Both the position numbers and the translations under genes were made by a program. The notes under the pieces are model-generated. The model was not told the DNA's origin. It ran no database searches and was given only the letters and a program-made list of their open reading frames with translations. A stretch of DNA of 64,000 bases, from NCBI GenBank assembly GCA_951406725.2, contig OX597821.1:72850001-72914000 (forward strand), read 5' to 3'. Below, piece after piece: positions 1 to 14,282 of the stretch (position 1 is its first letter; every line of letters starts with the position of its first letter). Source of the DNA: Octopus vulgaris (lineage: Eukaryota).

Positions 1-142
1 GCAAGGCGTGCAAGAAATAGCAGATGAATCTTTCCTTTTCTGGGGAGAAGAACCGTTTACGCGTGATTTTGACATATTCGTTGAAAGCCTGTGATGAAAT
101 TTTGACGAATTTCCAACATTTTCTCAGTATTTTCCCTTTATA

Positions 143-210
<68 letters not shown>

Positions 211-211
211 T

Positions 212-272
<61 letters not shown>

Positions 273-382
273 CATACATATACATACATACTTATATATT
301 TGGCTGCCTTCTCAAGCATGTAAGACGTCCTCTCAAGTGTCGCCTCTCTTTGTATAAATATTATACACTTTTACATATGAAA

Positions 383-474
<92 letters not shown>

Positions 475-483
475 CTATATATG

Positions 484-545
<62 letters not shown>

Positions 546-982
546 CACGCAGCTGCATATATATTCCTATATAGGTAGACAGAGGCAGACGAAGAGAAGC
601 GATGGGGTTAATTAGCAGTAATCCACAAGAATGGTCTTAGTCTTCCTAATTTCTTGTTTCTGGTGATAAAAGGAGTCAGTTAATCTGGTGTCGAAGCAAT
701 AAAACCGAATAACCATTGGGAAGAACAATTACAGAAGATGTGATCATCATTACACGGTCAAATGATCACACACACACACACATATAGATTGGCACACACA
801 TACATGCATACACATACATTGACCCGCATACACACACAGACTTTAATCCATTTGTCATTCACCCCTCTGTCTTCCCGTCCCCCTTTCACACATTTACTTA
901 ATTATATACTCCAGTAGCCTAAATACTTTTATGCCAATAAAAACATTAACGCACGCACACACTCACATACACAGAGGAAGGG

Positions 983-1017
<35 letters not shown>

Positions 1018-1454
1018 TGACAGAACTTGTATGAAAAGCTATGGAAGGTGTTGTCCAATTAACGCAGCAAGAACAGAGGCTATGTTTAAGCAAATTTGAT
1101 GCTATATTACTTCGTGAACAGAATTATGGAATTGGTTCCGTTTATTTCACTAACTTTACCCATCAACTCGAATGATATCCTCCAGAATATTAAGTCATTC
1201 TTCGCAGGAACACTATTTCAGATTTATAATCAGCCATTGTGACAAAAAAATACCATTCTTCCCCATCAAAACAACGAAATAACGAAAGTTTGGTAAAAAA
1301 AATATAGAAAGAAAATAATTACAGGAATGGTTATAGACAGGTAATTGCGGTTAATAGGAAGAAGATAACATAATACGCGCGCACGTGTGTATGTGTCTAT
1401 TCATAAATAATATTTATACATGTATATATACGTATATATGTGTGTTTGTATATA

Positions 1455-1511
<57 letters not shown>

Positions 1512-2084
1512 GTTTATAGATGTCTGTATGTATGCTTCAATGTGTGTACGTGTTAATATATAATAAATACATACACACACATATATATTCACCTAGTCAT
1601 ACACAAATACATACATATTTACACATACAAACACATGCACACACACACACGTACGTAATCGTATTATCTATGTACATATGTGTGTGTATATATGTGTTTG
1701 TGTGTGTGTATGTGTGTATATATATATATACACATACATATGCACACACATTTATATATACATATATATATATATACACGTATGTATATATTCATACGTA
1801 CACACACACACACATATACATACACACACACATTTACATGGCCATATGGCTTAGTAGCAATATTTTGTTTGGAGAGATTATACAAAAGACAATTGTTTAA
1901 AACCCCCCACCCCCAGTATATTTAATTCAGTTTCGCTTAGAAACGAATTGTGGCTTTAGGTGACTTAGGAATCTGCTGGGAGTGGATGAATGTCTTGTAG
2001 TCGTAAATGGCAGCGAATTCTGTAACCAGAACCAGAACCAGAAAATACTGATGTTAGCTGAAACAATATGGAGACTCTTGAACC

Positions 2085-2297
2085 CGGCGAGCTGTCAGAA
2101 ACGTTTGCACGCCGGGAGAAATACTTAGCGGTATTTCATCTGTCTTTACGTTCTGAGTTCTAATTCCGCCGAGGTCGACTTTGCCTTTCATCAATTCGGG
2201 GTCGATAAATTAAGTATCTATTGCGTACTGAAGTCTATCTAATCTACTGATCCCCTCCCCCCAAATTTCGGTCCTTGTGCCCAAAGTAGAAAAGAAT
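2085..2297 (+). mobile_element. SINE family A (tRNA-derived, Meta-domain-like)
   Basis: Head ggcgagctg, B-box gagttctaattcc and core gcctttcatc..tcggggtcgataaattaagta; tail type 2. Confidence 0.9.
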
Positions 2298-3009
2298 ACG
2301 GAAACTCTTGCTGGAGACTGAATACCGAGGAAGTCAACAGACCCACGAACCATTTATTAGTTTGGATTTTACAAATGTTATCCATATATTGCGTTATTCA
2401 CCAACAACTTGGTGGATTGATTCAATTTTATGAAAGATAAGCATGTTAAACGCGAGCATTGCTGGTAATAGGAGGATGCCCACAGTTAAAATTAGTTTTG
2501 TTGGTGCTTACATATTCCCAAGCAGATAAGCGACCAGTCAGGACGTTTCGGTATTATTCTGACCGTATCAGGCAAAATATGATAAACTGAAAATCTATAT
2601 CTACTGAAAATGGTGGCTGAGATGCCGTAAAAATAGACAAGTGATTTGTTAGTATGGCGGAATGCGTTGAATTTGTGTGACTGCAACCAGATTGAGGTTC
2701 ATTATTAATCAATAGATTCGATCGTCTGCAAACTGATGGACGCCATAAAAGCTATGCATTATATCATATATACACCATACACAAATAAGGTATATTGTAT
2801 TGTATATATACACCATACATGATGTTAAAATCTCAGAGAAGTGAATATTTTACGTAAAGATGACGTCATGATAGAGAAATTCCTACGCGAGATGTCACAG
2901 AAAAGCCTTTCATTGGTTCTGAAGTTAGAAGACTAAATTTCTCCGAATGTCTTCTCGATCCCGACATTACCTTTGAACAGGACACCGGTCCGTTGCAGGA
3001 TTCAGGGTT

Positions 3010-3420
3010 AGTAATTTTGATGGGAGGGGGACAAGTCTATACCTTCGATCTCCGTACTTGCCTGCTACTATATTTTATCGACTCCGAAAGGAAGAAAGGC
3101 AAAATTGATCTCAACAAGGATTTGAACTCAGAACGTAAAACGCCAGAAGAAATGTCGCTAATCATTTCATCCGACGTGCTAACGATTCCACCAGCTCGAT
3201 GTCTTCATTACACAAGGCCAGCAATTTCAGGTGGGGTTAGGGTTGGGGGTATAGGGTGGGAAATAATCGATTGCATCGATCCCAGTGCTTATCCTATTGA
3301 ACCAGAAAGGATGAAAGGCAAAGTCGCCCTCAGCGGAATTTGAACTCAGATCGTAAAGACGAACAAAATGCCGCTAAGCATTTTATCCGGCGAGGCAACG
3401 ATTCTGCCAGATCACCACTT
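3010..3420 (-). mobile_element. Two tandem decayed SINE A copies
   Basis: Two matches to gaaaggcaaa...atttgaactcaga..cgtaaa. Confidence 0.8.
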
Positions 3421-3950
3421 TACTATAGACCTGCAAGAAGAGGCAGCCAAATCGCCCTCATATCCCACCATCCACCGTCTTAAGGATTATTTAATGTTAG
3501 AAGCGGTGATGGCTTTGGTAATTTGTCTGTCCAGCCTGGGTCCACTTGAACTTAAACTTCAACAACAACAACAACAACAACAAAAAGAGAAAAACAACAG
3601 GCGCTGCAGCAGTAGCAGCAGCAGCAGCAACAACAACAACGACCACAACAATATCAAATCGTTATTTATTTATTGTATCCCCTTATTCAAAAATATATTC
3701 AAATAAACCATAAAATATAATCTTTTTCTGATAAATATTCAGATTTTTTTTCTAGTTTTTATCAAATGTTTCCGTTTTCAAATTGAAAATTTGAGATAAA
3801 ATGGCGGTTGATTTTCATCTGGTCTCCAAACATTCACATAAATACACCCACGTAACACCCACCTATCTACCTACATACCTCCCGATCTACACACACGCGC
3901 ACAGACACACATACACACACACACTCTTTCTCTCTCTCTCTCCAGGTATT

Positions 3951-3992
<42 letters not shown>

Positions 3993-4073
3993 CACACACA
4001 CACGCACACACACACGCACACACACACGCACACACACACACACTCTCACTCTCTCTCTCTCCAGGTATTTATG

Positions 4074-4112
<39 letters not shown>

Positions 4113-5204
4113 TCTCTCTCTCTCTCTTTCCATGTATTGATGTATGTGTGTGTATATATATATATACACAGAGACACGCACACGCATATATATATACACA
4201 CACACACGCACATATATGTATACACACACTTACATATACATGTAGGTATAGATAGCTAGTACAATAAAACAAGAGAGCTTGTTTCCATAATAGTTACGCC
4301 TATCTATACACACACACACACACACATCACTTTACATGCGCGCGCGTGTCTATGTAGATTTAGAATGAGATGATATTGATTGTTATGATGACGATCATAA
4401 TGATCTGTATTGCCCATAATGATTGCCATAGAATGCTAGATTTCTTTCTGTATTTCATGCTGGGTTGTATAGGTCTGCAATATCTTATTTCTTTAATGCA
4501 AATATTTACAGTTTGGAACAGGAGAACAAAAAGGAAAACACGGACAGACGAAGTTGAAATATTGGGACCGAGGGGTCAAAGAAATATTGATGAGACTTCA
4601 AAATTAAATTAGCCACTAAGTTAAAGCACCGCACCCTGTCAGATAATGTTGTGTGGGTACACAAGAAAAGGATGTGTTCCCTTGTGATAATCAGCTGCCT
4701 TCCGGTCAGAAAAATACAAGAGAAAGAGGACATCCATGGACAGTATTCAGGATATTCTTTCAGCTTCTTTGGAGCAAAAGGATGTGTAGCAACGCATACA
4801 GATTAAAGGATGGCTGGACTTGGGATGTTGGGGCCATAATGCAACTCCTTCATTCATACACATGTACGCAATATCTGTAAGGACCTTTTGAAGATTTAAA
4901 GGATGATCAACAAATCAAGATGCTTTCCGTCACAATCTCGCAACCAAGATGGTGACCGGTCAGAATTTACTCTTTAAATAAAAAGAGAAAGAACATACAC
5001 ATATACGCACACACACACACACGCGCACACACATACACACACACACACATACATGCGTACAGGTACACATGTAATATACATACATGCATACATTGCCCAC
5101 CCCAGGAAAAAGGGAACAGTTATGGTGAACAATTATGGTGGAACTTACAGCTTTTGTATCCTGGCTCTAAATTTGAATCTGTCGCTATAGGTTCATTAGA
5201 AGCA

Positions 5205-5502
5205 CTCCGTCGGTTAGGTCGACGAGGGTCCCAGCTGTTACGATCAACGGAACAGCTTGCTCGTGAAATTAACGTGCAAGTGGCTGAGCACTCCACAGAC
5301 ACGTGTACCCTTAACGTAGTTCTCAGGGAGATTCAGCGTGACACAGAGTGTGACAAGGTACCACTCATTTTTGCCAGCTGAGTAGACTGGGGCAACATGA
5401 AATAAAGTGTCCTGCTGAAGGACACAACGAGTTGCCGGAATTGAACTCACGACCTTACAATCGCGAGCCGAATGCCCCTAACCACCAATCCAGGCGCCTT
5501 CA
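5205..5502 (-). mobile_element. SINE family C (tRNA-derived head)
   Basis: Minus-strand head tgaaggcgcctgg..tggtggttagg...gagttcaattcc; homologous to 36068-36386. Confidence 0.88.
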
Positions 5503-5926
5503 CTGCATAAGGTTATATATCTAAGGGTCTACACAAAAACCTAGAAATGCTAAAATTTTCTGAGAAAGAGCGAAAACCCCCCAAAGAACTGACGCACATC
5601 CTCTAAATCCGATCAGGGACACAATATGGATTTGTAAGACATTCCAAAGATTCTCCATCAGCGATTCTTTAAATGAATACATGCATACACTTAATTGTGT
5701 ACATCTACAAAGACACATATGCATGTAGTAACGACACGCACACATACATACACACACACAAACTCCTACAAAACAAACATCATAAAGAACGACCCTTCAT
5801 CACTTGTTGGGTGTTTTTCTATTCCATTTGTGTCTTTCGTTGTTCGAAGGAATAGTTCATGTTCCATGTACTCGTGCTTCTTTTTTTTTTTGTTGTACAC
5901 ATGTCATGACGTCCTATGCCCACATA

Positions 5927-6013
<87 letters not shown>

Positions 6014-6281
6014 ATATATACATATGCGTGTGTCTGTGTGTGCTGTGAGTACTTGTGGGAGTAATATGATGTTGATTGAACGCCGCGCATCCTCTTCCAA
6101 GTAAGTTTGATCTATCTATCTATCTATCTATCTATATATATATATATAAGTTCACCAAAATTTAGATTCAGAGGAATATGGTACTTAAGTTAAAGGCACC
6201 AGAATTTTGTATGGTATTATCCATATAAATCAAATGGGGTGATTATAATCAAAATAAGCAACAAGGATATCCAAAGGTAGT

Positions 6282-6367
6282 GTAGTACAATCGTTTCATG
6301 CTACTTCATTTTATTAAACAACGTAAGTATTACATCAGTTTTAAAATGTCGAGCAATCTTCAGTCAC
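6282..6367 (-). ncRNA. Hammerhead, inverted copy of 6706-6791
   Basis: Same core; one stem I mismatch (gtga/ctac). Confidence 0.72.
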
Positions 6368-6705
6368 ATATAGAATTTTTTAATTAAACGGACAATGCAC
6401 ATTTTTATACTTATTTCATTTGCCAACATTACAAAGAGAGTAGATATATAGACAGAGAGGTTAATTTCATCATTAAGAACATGGTGGTAGTATGTTCTTC
6501 TCCATCTGTAGATTTTTGTATCACTGCTTTCACTTTGTTATTTAGATCTATCATTGGGGAGGTGGTTTCTATTCTTGGTTCAATGGAGACAAGCAAGAAT
6601 GTTTCTATTTATAGATAGAGGAAGGGGTAGTACAAATGTCAAAGCCATAAATCCATCCTCAAGTATAAAAATGTGCATTGTCCGTTTAATTAAAAAATTC
6701 TATAT

Positions 6706-6791
6706 GTGGCTGAAGATTGCTCGACATTTTAAAACTGATGTAATACTTACAGTGTTTAATAAACTGAAGTAGCATGAAACGATTGTACTAC
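6706..6791 (+). ncRNA. Type I hammerhead ribozyme
   Basis: gtgg-CTGAAGA-ttgct...agcat-GAAAC-gatt-GTA-ctac. Confidence 0.8.
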
Positions 6792-6828
6792 ACTACCTTG
6801 GATATCCTTGTTGCATATTTTGATTATG

Positions 6829-6881
<53 letters not shown>

Positions 6882-7109
6882 ATACTACACATACATACAC
6901 ACATATATGCATATATCATTATTCCAGACCACCAAGCCCCCAGAAACAGCTGTTGGACTCGTAAGACTCAATCCGTTTAACTCCTGATATCATTTATTTT
7001 CCATGTAAGTCGGACTATTTTATACGCATGCGTATGGACATTTTTTGTATTAAATTATTCTCTGTCTGTCGTCTTGCCTGACTTGCTTTTCCTTACATTT
7101 ACTCCTCTA

Positions 7110-7775
7110 TATACATATGTACATACACACTCAGACACACACACATGTATATATTCATATAAATGCACACACATATATATATTCATATAAATACACACAC
7201 ATATACACACAAGTATATATTCATATAAATACACACACATATACATCACATATGTATATATTCATATAAATACACACACATACACACATGTATATATTCA
7301 TATAAATACACACACATGTATATATTCATATAAATACGCACATGTATATATTCATATAAATATACACACATATATACATCACACATGTATATATTCATAT
7401 AAATACACACATATACACATACACATGTATATATTCATATAAATACTCACACATATACACACATGTATATATTCATATAAATACGCACACATACACACAT
7501 GTATATATTCATATAAATACACACATATATACACATACACATGTATATATTCATATAAATACACACATATACACATACACATGTATATATTTATATAAAT
7601 ACATACACATATACATCACATATGTATATATTCATATAAATACTCACACATACACACATGTATATATTCATATAAATACACACACATATACACACACACA
7701 CATGTATATATTCATTTAAATAGACACACATACACATGTATATATTCATATAAATACACACACATATACGCATAC
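7110..7775. repeat. Minisatellite with constant core tgtatatattcatataaatac and variable (CA/TA) linker
   Basis: Over 15 units of about 25-40 bp. Confidence 0.92.
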
Positions 7776-8229
7776 ATAAGGAGACATACATACGCGCGTA
7801 CACCCTCCTATCCGCCATTTCTCACCGTCTCAGGCCCGCAGCAGTTTTCAATTAAGTAATTTCAGTTTGGAATTTGAAGAATTAAGTTGTTACGTTGAAT
7901 TCGACGAGATATGAACCAAACTATTTGAAAAATTAGTGTTTTACCTGTTGTAGCCACACACAGACCTGCGCCGAAAACACACACATACAAACACAAACAC
8001 ACGCGTGCGCGCACTCATATGTATACGCTCACAGCTATAAGAGTGTGTGTGTGTGTGAGCGCAAGTGATTACAAAGGTGTGAGATGTGGGAATGATTTAT
8101 GAAGGCCAAAATTTAAAAAAAAAGATGCTTCAGCCCCCTTCACTTTTACTGAGGATCGATTTGAGATTCGTTATCACAACACAATATAAAATATAATTAA
8201 TGTGTAATGCAACATAATATATATTAAAA

Positions 8230-8610
8230 GGCGGCGAGCTGGCAGAAACGTTAGTATGCCGGGCGAAATGCGTAGCCGTATTTCGTCTGCCGTTACGTTC
8301 TGAGTTCAAATTCCGTCGAGGTCGACTTTGCCTTTCATCCTTTCGGGGTCGATAAATTAAGTACCAGTCACGCACTGGGGTCGATACAATCAACTTAATC
8401 CGTTTGTCTGTCCTTGTTTGTCCCCTCTATGTTTAGCCCCTTGTGGGTAGTAAAGACATAGGTATTTCGTCAGTCTTTACGTTCTGAGTTCAAATTTCGC
8501 CTAACGTCCTTTCGGGGGTCGATAAATTAAGTACCAGTTGCGTACTGAGGTCGATCTAATCGACTGGCCCCCTCCCTCAAAATTTGGGGCTTTGTGCCAA
8601 GAGTAGAAAA
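8230..8610 (+). mobile_element. SINE A dimer (full copy with tail 1 plus partial copy with tail 2)
   Basis: Full consensus 8230-8465, then a restart at ggtatttcgtc. Confidence 0.9.
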
Positions 8611-8637
8611 TATGTAATATATATGTCAAATATAAGT

Positions 8638-8693
<56 letters not shown>

Positions 8694-10589
8694 TCACACA
8701 CACTCACACACACACAAACACACACACACACGATCGTATATTTCACTCGCAAGCAAAAACAACTTGATAACGAGTAACATGTTTCCACTATTTTAAACCC
8801 TAAACACCAAGACACGAGCCACCCCAGAGTCCCTCTGCCATTCCTCAGTCCACAGGGTAACCAGGATGAGACAGTTGGGAGGCAAGCTGCATCAGCATCG
8901 GACAAGTTCATATTTTCAGCTGAGAGGATGAGAGCAATGTTGCATAATATATGTATATATATGATTAAGGCATAAGTCGTAAACAATGACTGAGGCCTTG
9001 ACCATGTATATTATGCAACGATGTCTAATGTCAGTGTATGGATTAGCACGGATTTTGAGAGACCCCTGATGTGAAATCATGTTGTCTCCTTCAAAAGACA
9101 CTTCGACAAATAACTAAGTATAGATCGGTTTTTATTGCTGGTTGCTGAGGTAGAGAGTTTGTAATTGAAAGACGTCAGTTAACGGTTTAAAAAATATTGG
9201 CTATAAAAAGGTGGTGGGGAGGCTCGATCAAAGGAGATCTGGTGTCTAACAAAAACGAAATTAAGAGAGATAAGGGAACGTTGTGAGCGGTCAAGAGGGG
9301 AGGTCAGAAAAGAAGAAAATAAAGACAGGAATTATGAAAAAAGCTAACAGGGTGTCACTCACGTCGAGAATACAAGTCAGTAAAAAGGGAGAGGTAAAAG
9401 GGCGCTGGTAAGAAAAGGAGGAGGGATTTAGTGGCACAAAAGTACAGTCATTAAGAAGGAAGTATTATAGTGAAGACACTGATGTATGAATGAGCGAACA
9501 AACGAAAAACAACAGCACTAAACATACTTGATTGGTGTTACATGCATTTCGTAACAACTGAAGATAGCTCCACATGAAAGTTTCGTGGGTGAAGGAGCGA
9601 CCCACCTCATCAGATGTTCGGAGGTCTCCAGATATCTGGACAAAACTTTGAAAACATAAGGAGCTGAATCAAACTGCTATCGTATATAGATAGATAATCA
9701 GTTAATACTCATCCAATACTAATTAGATTGCTAATTAGTATCTAGACAGCTAGATAGATAGTTGGATAGTTAGATTGATAGACAGACAGATAAACAGATG
9801 GATAAATAGATAGCTAGCAGGCTTCCTGTCTAACTACGTCTGTCCAACCAGCTGCCATGATTGACCACTAGCTCCAAAAGATTTTTTATTCTCTCTGTGT
9901 TTATTTTCTCTTATTACTTTCTGTTTAAGAGCGTAGGTTCGAAACGTAAAATATTTTCTCACCTTCCCGAGCGTTAAACTAATATACCTGTTTGTTGTTT
10001 ATACACCTGTCTTCGTCTTTTGTTTTTCTGTAAATTTCAACTAAATGATAGGCCGTTCGTTAGCTTGATGGACGGATTGATCATACACCATTTTGTAATC
10101 TTTCCTCCGCGCTTGGGCTTACTATAATTCTTTCGTCTCACCACTTTCTCCTTTTGTCTGCTTCCTCGCCTCCCCACACCTTACCGCATTCATACCCCAC
10201 TCAACCCCATTCACTCTCAGCCAACCACCTGCACCCCCACCACTCACCCCCTTCCACGGCCATCTTATTACTCTCCTGTTTATGTCTTACAGACTAATCT
10301 CTCTCTATAGAAACACTTCGAAGTGCTCAAGAGATTAGAACTTGAGCCGTTGGATAAGTAAAGCAACCACAAGCAAACTAGGTACGTCTATTTAGACATA
10401 AATATACATTTAATCGAAAAGAAGAATGTAAATGTGTGTGGGTATTAAGAATACTTAGTCCAACTTACATAAAAAAAAACGATATCACAAATAAAATAGG
10501 CAAAGTTTTAAAAGTCCTACGGCCGTTTCAAGTGGTTTGGTCTTCCTGATAGATGACAGATATTAGGGTCCATTATTGGATAACACCCC

Positions 10590-10931
10590 CTTCTTCTTCT
10601 TTTCTCCTCCTCCTTCTTTTTCTTTTTCTTCTTCTTCGTCTTCTTCTTCGTCTTATTTTTCTTCTTTTTCGTCTTCTTCTTTTCTCCTCCTCCTCCTTCT
10701 CTTCTTCTTTTTCGTCTTCTTCTTTTCTCCTCCTTCTCCTTCTCTTCTTCTTTTCTCATCCTCCTCCTTCTCTTCTTCTTTTCTTCTTCTTCTTCTTCTT
10801 CTTCTTCTTCTTCTTCTTCATCTTCTTCTTCTTCCTCTTCTTTTTCTTCTCCTCCTCCTCTTTCTTTTCTTCTTCTTCTTCTTCTTCTTCTTCTTCTTCC
10901 TTCTTCTTCTTCTTCTTCTTCTTCTTCTTCT

Positions 10932-10966
<35 letters not shown>

Positions 10967-11045
10967 TTTTCTCCTCCTCCTCCTCCTTCTTCTTTTTTAT
11001 CATTATCATCATCATCTTCTTCTTTTCCCCCTCCTCCTCCTCATT
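10590..11045. repeat. (CTT)n/(CCT)n polypyrimidine microsatellite
   Basis: Direct reading. Confidence 0.97.
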
Positions 11046-11069
11046 CTTATTCATGAGAGGAAAAGTTTT

Positions 11070-11540
11070 GTATTGAAACAATTTTACAATTGAAATGACG
11101 GAGGTCAAAGGTTGAATGATTTTACACAGTGCTACATCTATTAGCAAGGGGAGTCGAGGGTATTTAGAAAGAGAGTAGCAGGGGGAGGAAATATATATCA
11201 AGATCATAATGAGGCTACTGGTAGTAGTAAGAGTGGAGAGTGGTAGGAAGAGGGGAAAAGTGGTTTAAGTAATGTGTAAGAAGTTAAAGGTTAAATTAGT
11301 GAAAAACGGATGGTTATTAAAGAATTAACTGGTTCGATGGCAGACAAGGGGTATGAGCGGGTGGTTAATATTGCTGTTAATAGGACGAGAAATTGGTTGG
11401 CATTTTTTAAAGCTGTGGAGTTTTGATAAGTGTTGTTTGAGGAGGGGGAGAAGTTCAGGAAACAGTAGAGGGGGTTGAGCTACCAAAAAAATTGGAATAA
11501 ATTTGAGATGTGTGTTGGTGAGTTTTAGGAAGCTAAGAGG
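11070..11540 (-). mobile_element. Possible highly decayed PLE RT fragment
   Basis: The minus strand gives LSKLH followed, after a frameshift, by SRPINSN, reminiscent of the LPKIHK...RPIVS motif. Weak. Confidence 0.3.
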
Positions 11541-11794
11541 TGGGTGGAAAAGTGGCTGATTATAATATCTGGAATAAATTTGAGGTATGTCATATATATA
11601 TATTTATTTATGTTGGTATCTATGTATATGTTGATAATATTGTGTATTTATCTAGGTGTTTGTATATTTATATGTGTGTATATGTGTATGTGTTTGCATG
11701 TATGTATGCAAGCGCCTGCATGTGTAACTTATGCGCGCATGTATTATATTTGTAACTGTGAGCTTGGATATCTCAGGTGTGTGTGTCACATGTG

Positions 11795-11852
<58 letters not shown>

Positions 11853-11900
11853 CATACATACATACAGTTGCTTCTATGTATATCTATATCTATCTATCTA

Positions 11901-11939
<39 letters not shown>

Positions 11940-12039
11940 ATATGGGGGTGGGAGTGAAAAGGAACACACGAGTTGAGATATATATATATGGAAAAAAGTC
12001 AAGGTAGAAAATGCTAAAATAATTTTATAAGAAACATTT

Positions 12040-12075
12040 CAGTACCGGTTTCGGTCATTGACACTTTTTCAACTG
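12040..12075 (-). ncRNA. Minimal hammerhead, U3:A8 variant (inverted copy)
   Basis: Minus strand: cag-TTGAAAA-agtgtcaatgacc-GAAAC-cg-GTA-ctg. Confidence 0.65.
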
Positions 12076-12269
12076 TAAGTATGGAAAACAATTAAATTTC
12101 GGAAAAATTAAATGAAAAGTATTTTAAAAGAATGACCCACAAGAGTAAACAAGAGAGACAGAAACAGGCAGAAATAAAGAAATTCCCCTTGTATTTGAAT
12201 TTTATGCAAATATTCTTTTAAAATATTTTTCATTTAATTTTTCCAAAATTTAATTGTTTTCCATACTTA

Positions 12270-12305
12270 CAGTTGAAAAATTCTCAATGACAGAAACCGG
12301 TACTG
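12270..12305 (+). ncRNA. Minimal hammerhead, U3:A8 variant (stem II decayed)
   Basis: cag-TTGAAAA-attctcaatgaca-GAAAC-cg-GTA-ctg. Confidence 0.65.
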
Positions 12306-12405
12306 AAATGTTTTTTATAAAATTATTTTAGCATTTTCTACCTTGACTTTTCTTCCATATATATACATATATATATATATATAAATAAATATATATATAT
12401 ACAGT

Positions 12406-12590
12406 ACAAAGTAAGATAGGGGTTATGAAGGTAACCCACTATGGGATATCAGTTATCCAATATACTGCTGGTAAAGTACCCAAATACTAAATACATAAAT
12501 GCTTATAATTGCAAAGCAATTAATTCATTTATTGTATTGAATGGGTGAAGGTAAAAAATAATTTACCGTAAATTCATAATACAAATAATA
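12406..12590 (+). repeat. Interspersed repeat; second copy at 22398-22582
   Basis: acaaagtaagataggggttatg...aacccactatgggata...tatccaatatactg..ggtaaagt; both copies lie in TA/CA tracts. Confidence 0.88.
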
Positions 12591-12606
12591 TTTGTTCCAC
12601 CATTTT

Positions 12607-12766
<160 letters not shown>

Positions 12767-12919
12767 CATGTATGTCTAGAATTTAGTTGCTAGTAAGTAA
12801 TGAGGGGATTGAAGCAAATTTTAACCTGTGTTACTGTTACAACTCTACCTGCACATATATGTATATATACATACAAGCCGGGCACGTGCACGCGTGCATA
12901 TACAAATATATTTGATGTC

Positions 12920-13858
<939 letters not shown>

Positions 13859-14146
13859 ATTATGCATACACGCATTTAAATTCAAATTGCTTGACACATA
13901 CCCAGTATTTAGGACTCTGTGCATTTTTAGATGTTAAATAGAAAACTGCAAAAACCCGTTCCGTGGTCTATATCTCCTTTCACTGGTCTCCATTCTTAAA
14001 GAAAATCAGAATTAACAAAGTAATTCGTGAACGATCTTTCCTGTTTTGTTTTAAACCTACATACATGCATACATACATACAACATACATAATATAATTCA
14101 GAGTATACATACATACATACATACATACATACATACATACATACAT

Positions 14147-14210
<64 letters not shown>

Positions 14211-14282
14211 GTATCTATCTATGTATATGTATATGTATATATATAATGTAATATATATATATATATATATATTTTCTTTGTT

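Larger units (their letters stand above)
6245..6827. repeat. Long inverted repeat (arms 6245-6412 and 6661-6827)
   Basis: About 167-bp arms that are near-perfect reverse complements, with a spacer of about 250 bp. Confidence 0.95.
11988..12358. repeat. Long inverted repeat (arms 11988-12133 and 12212-12358)
   Basis: About 146-bp arms with a 78-bp spacer; the spacer plus right arm recurs at 41789-42000. Confidence 0.95.

Noticed and set aside
2538-2572. Hammerhead-like motif on the minus strand (ctgatac-ggt...acc-gaaac-gtc)
   Set aside because: The core lacks G8/A9 and stem I does not pair.
4600-4970. Possible exon or CR1 fragment (TRERGHPW)
   Set aside because: A single short motif with no consistent frame or splice signals.
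7110-7775. CRISPR-like repeat-spacer look
   Set aside because: The linkers are simple repeats rather than unique spacers, the context is eukaryotic, and there are no cas genes.
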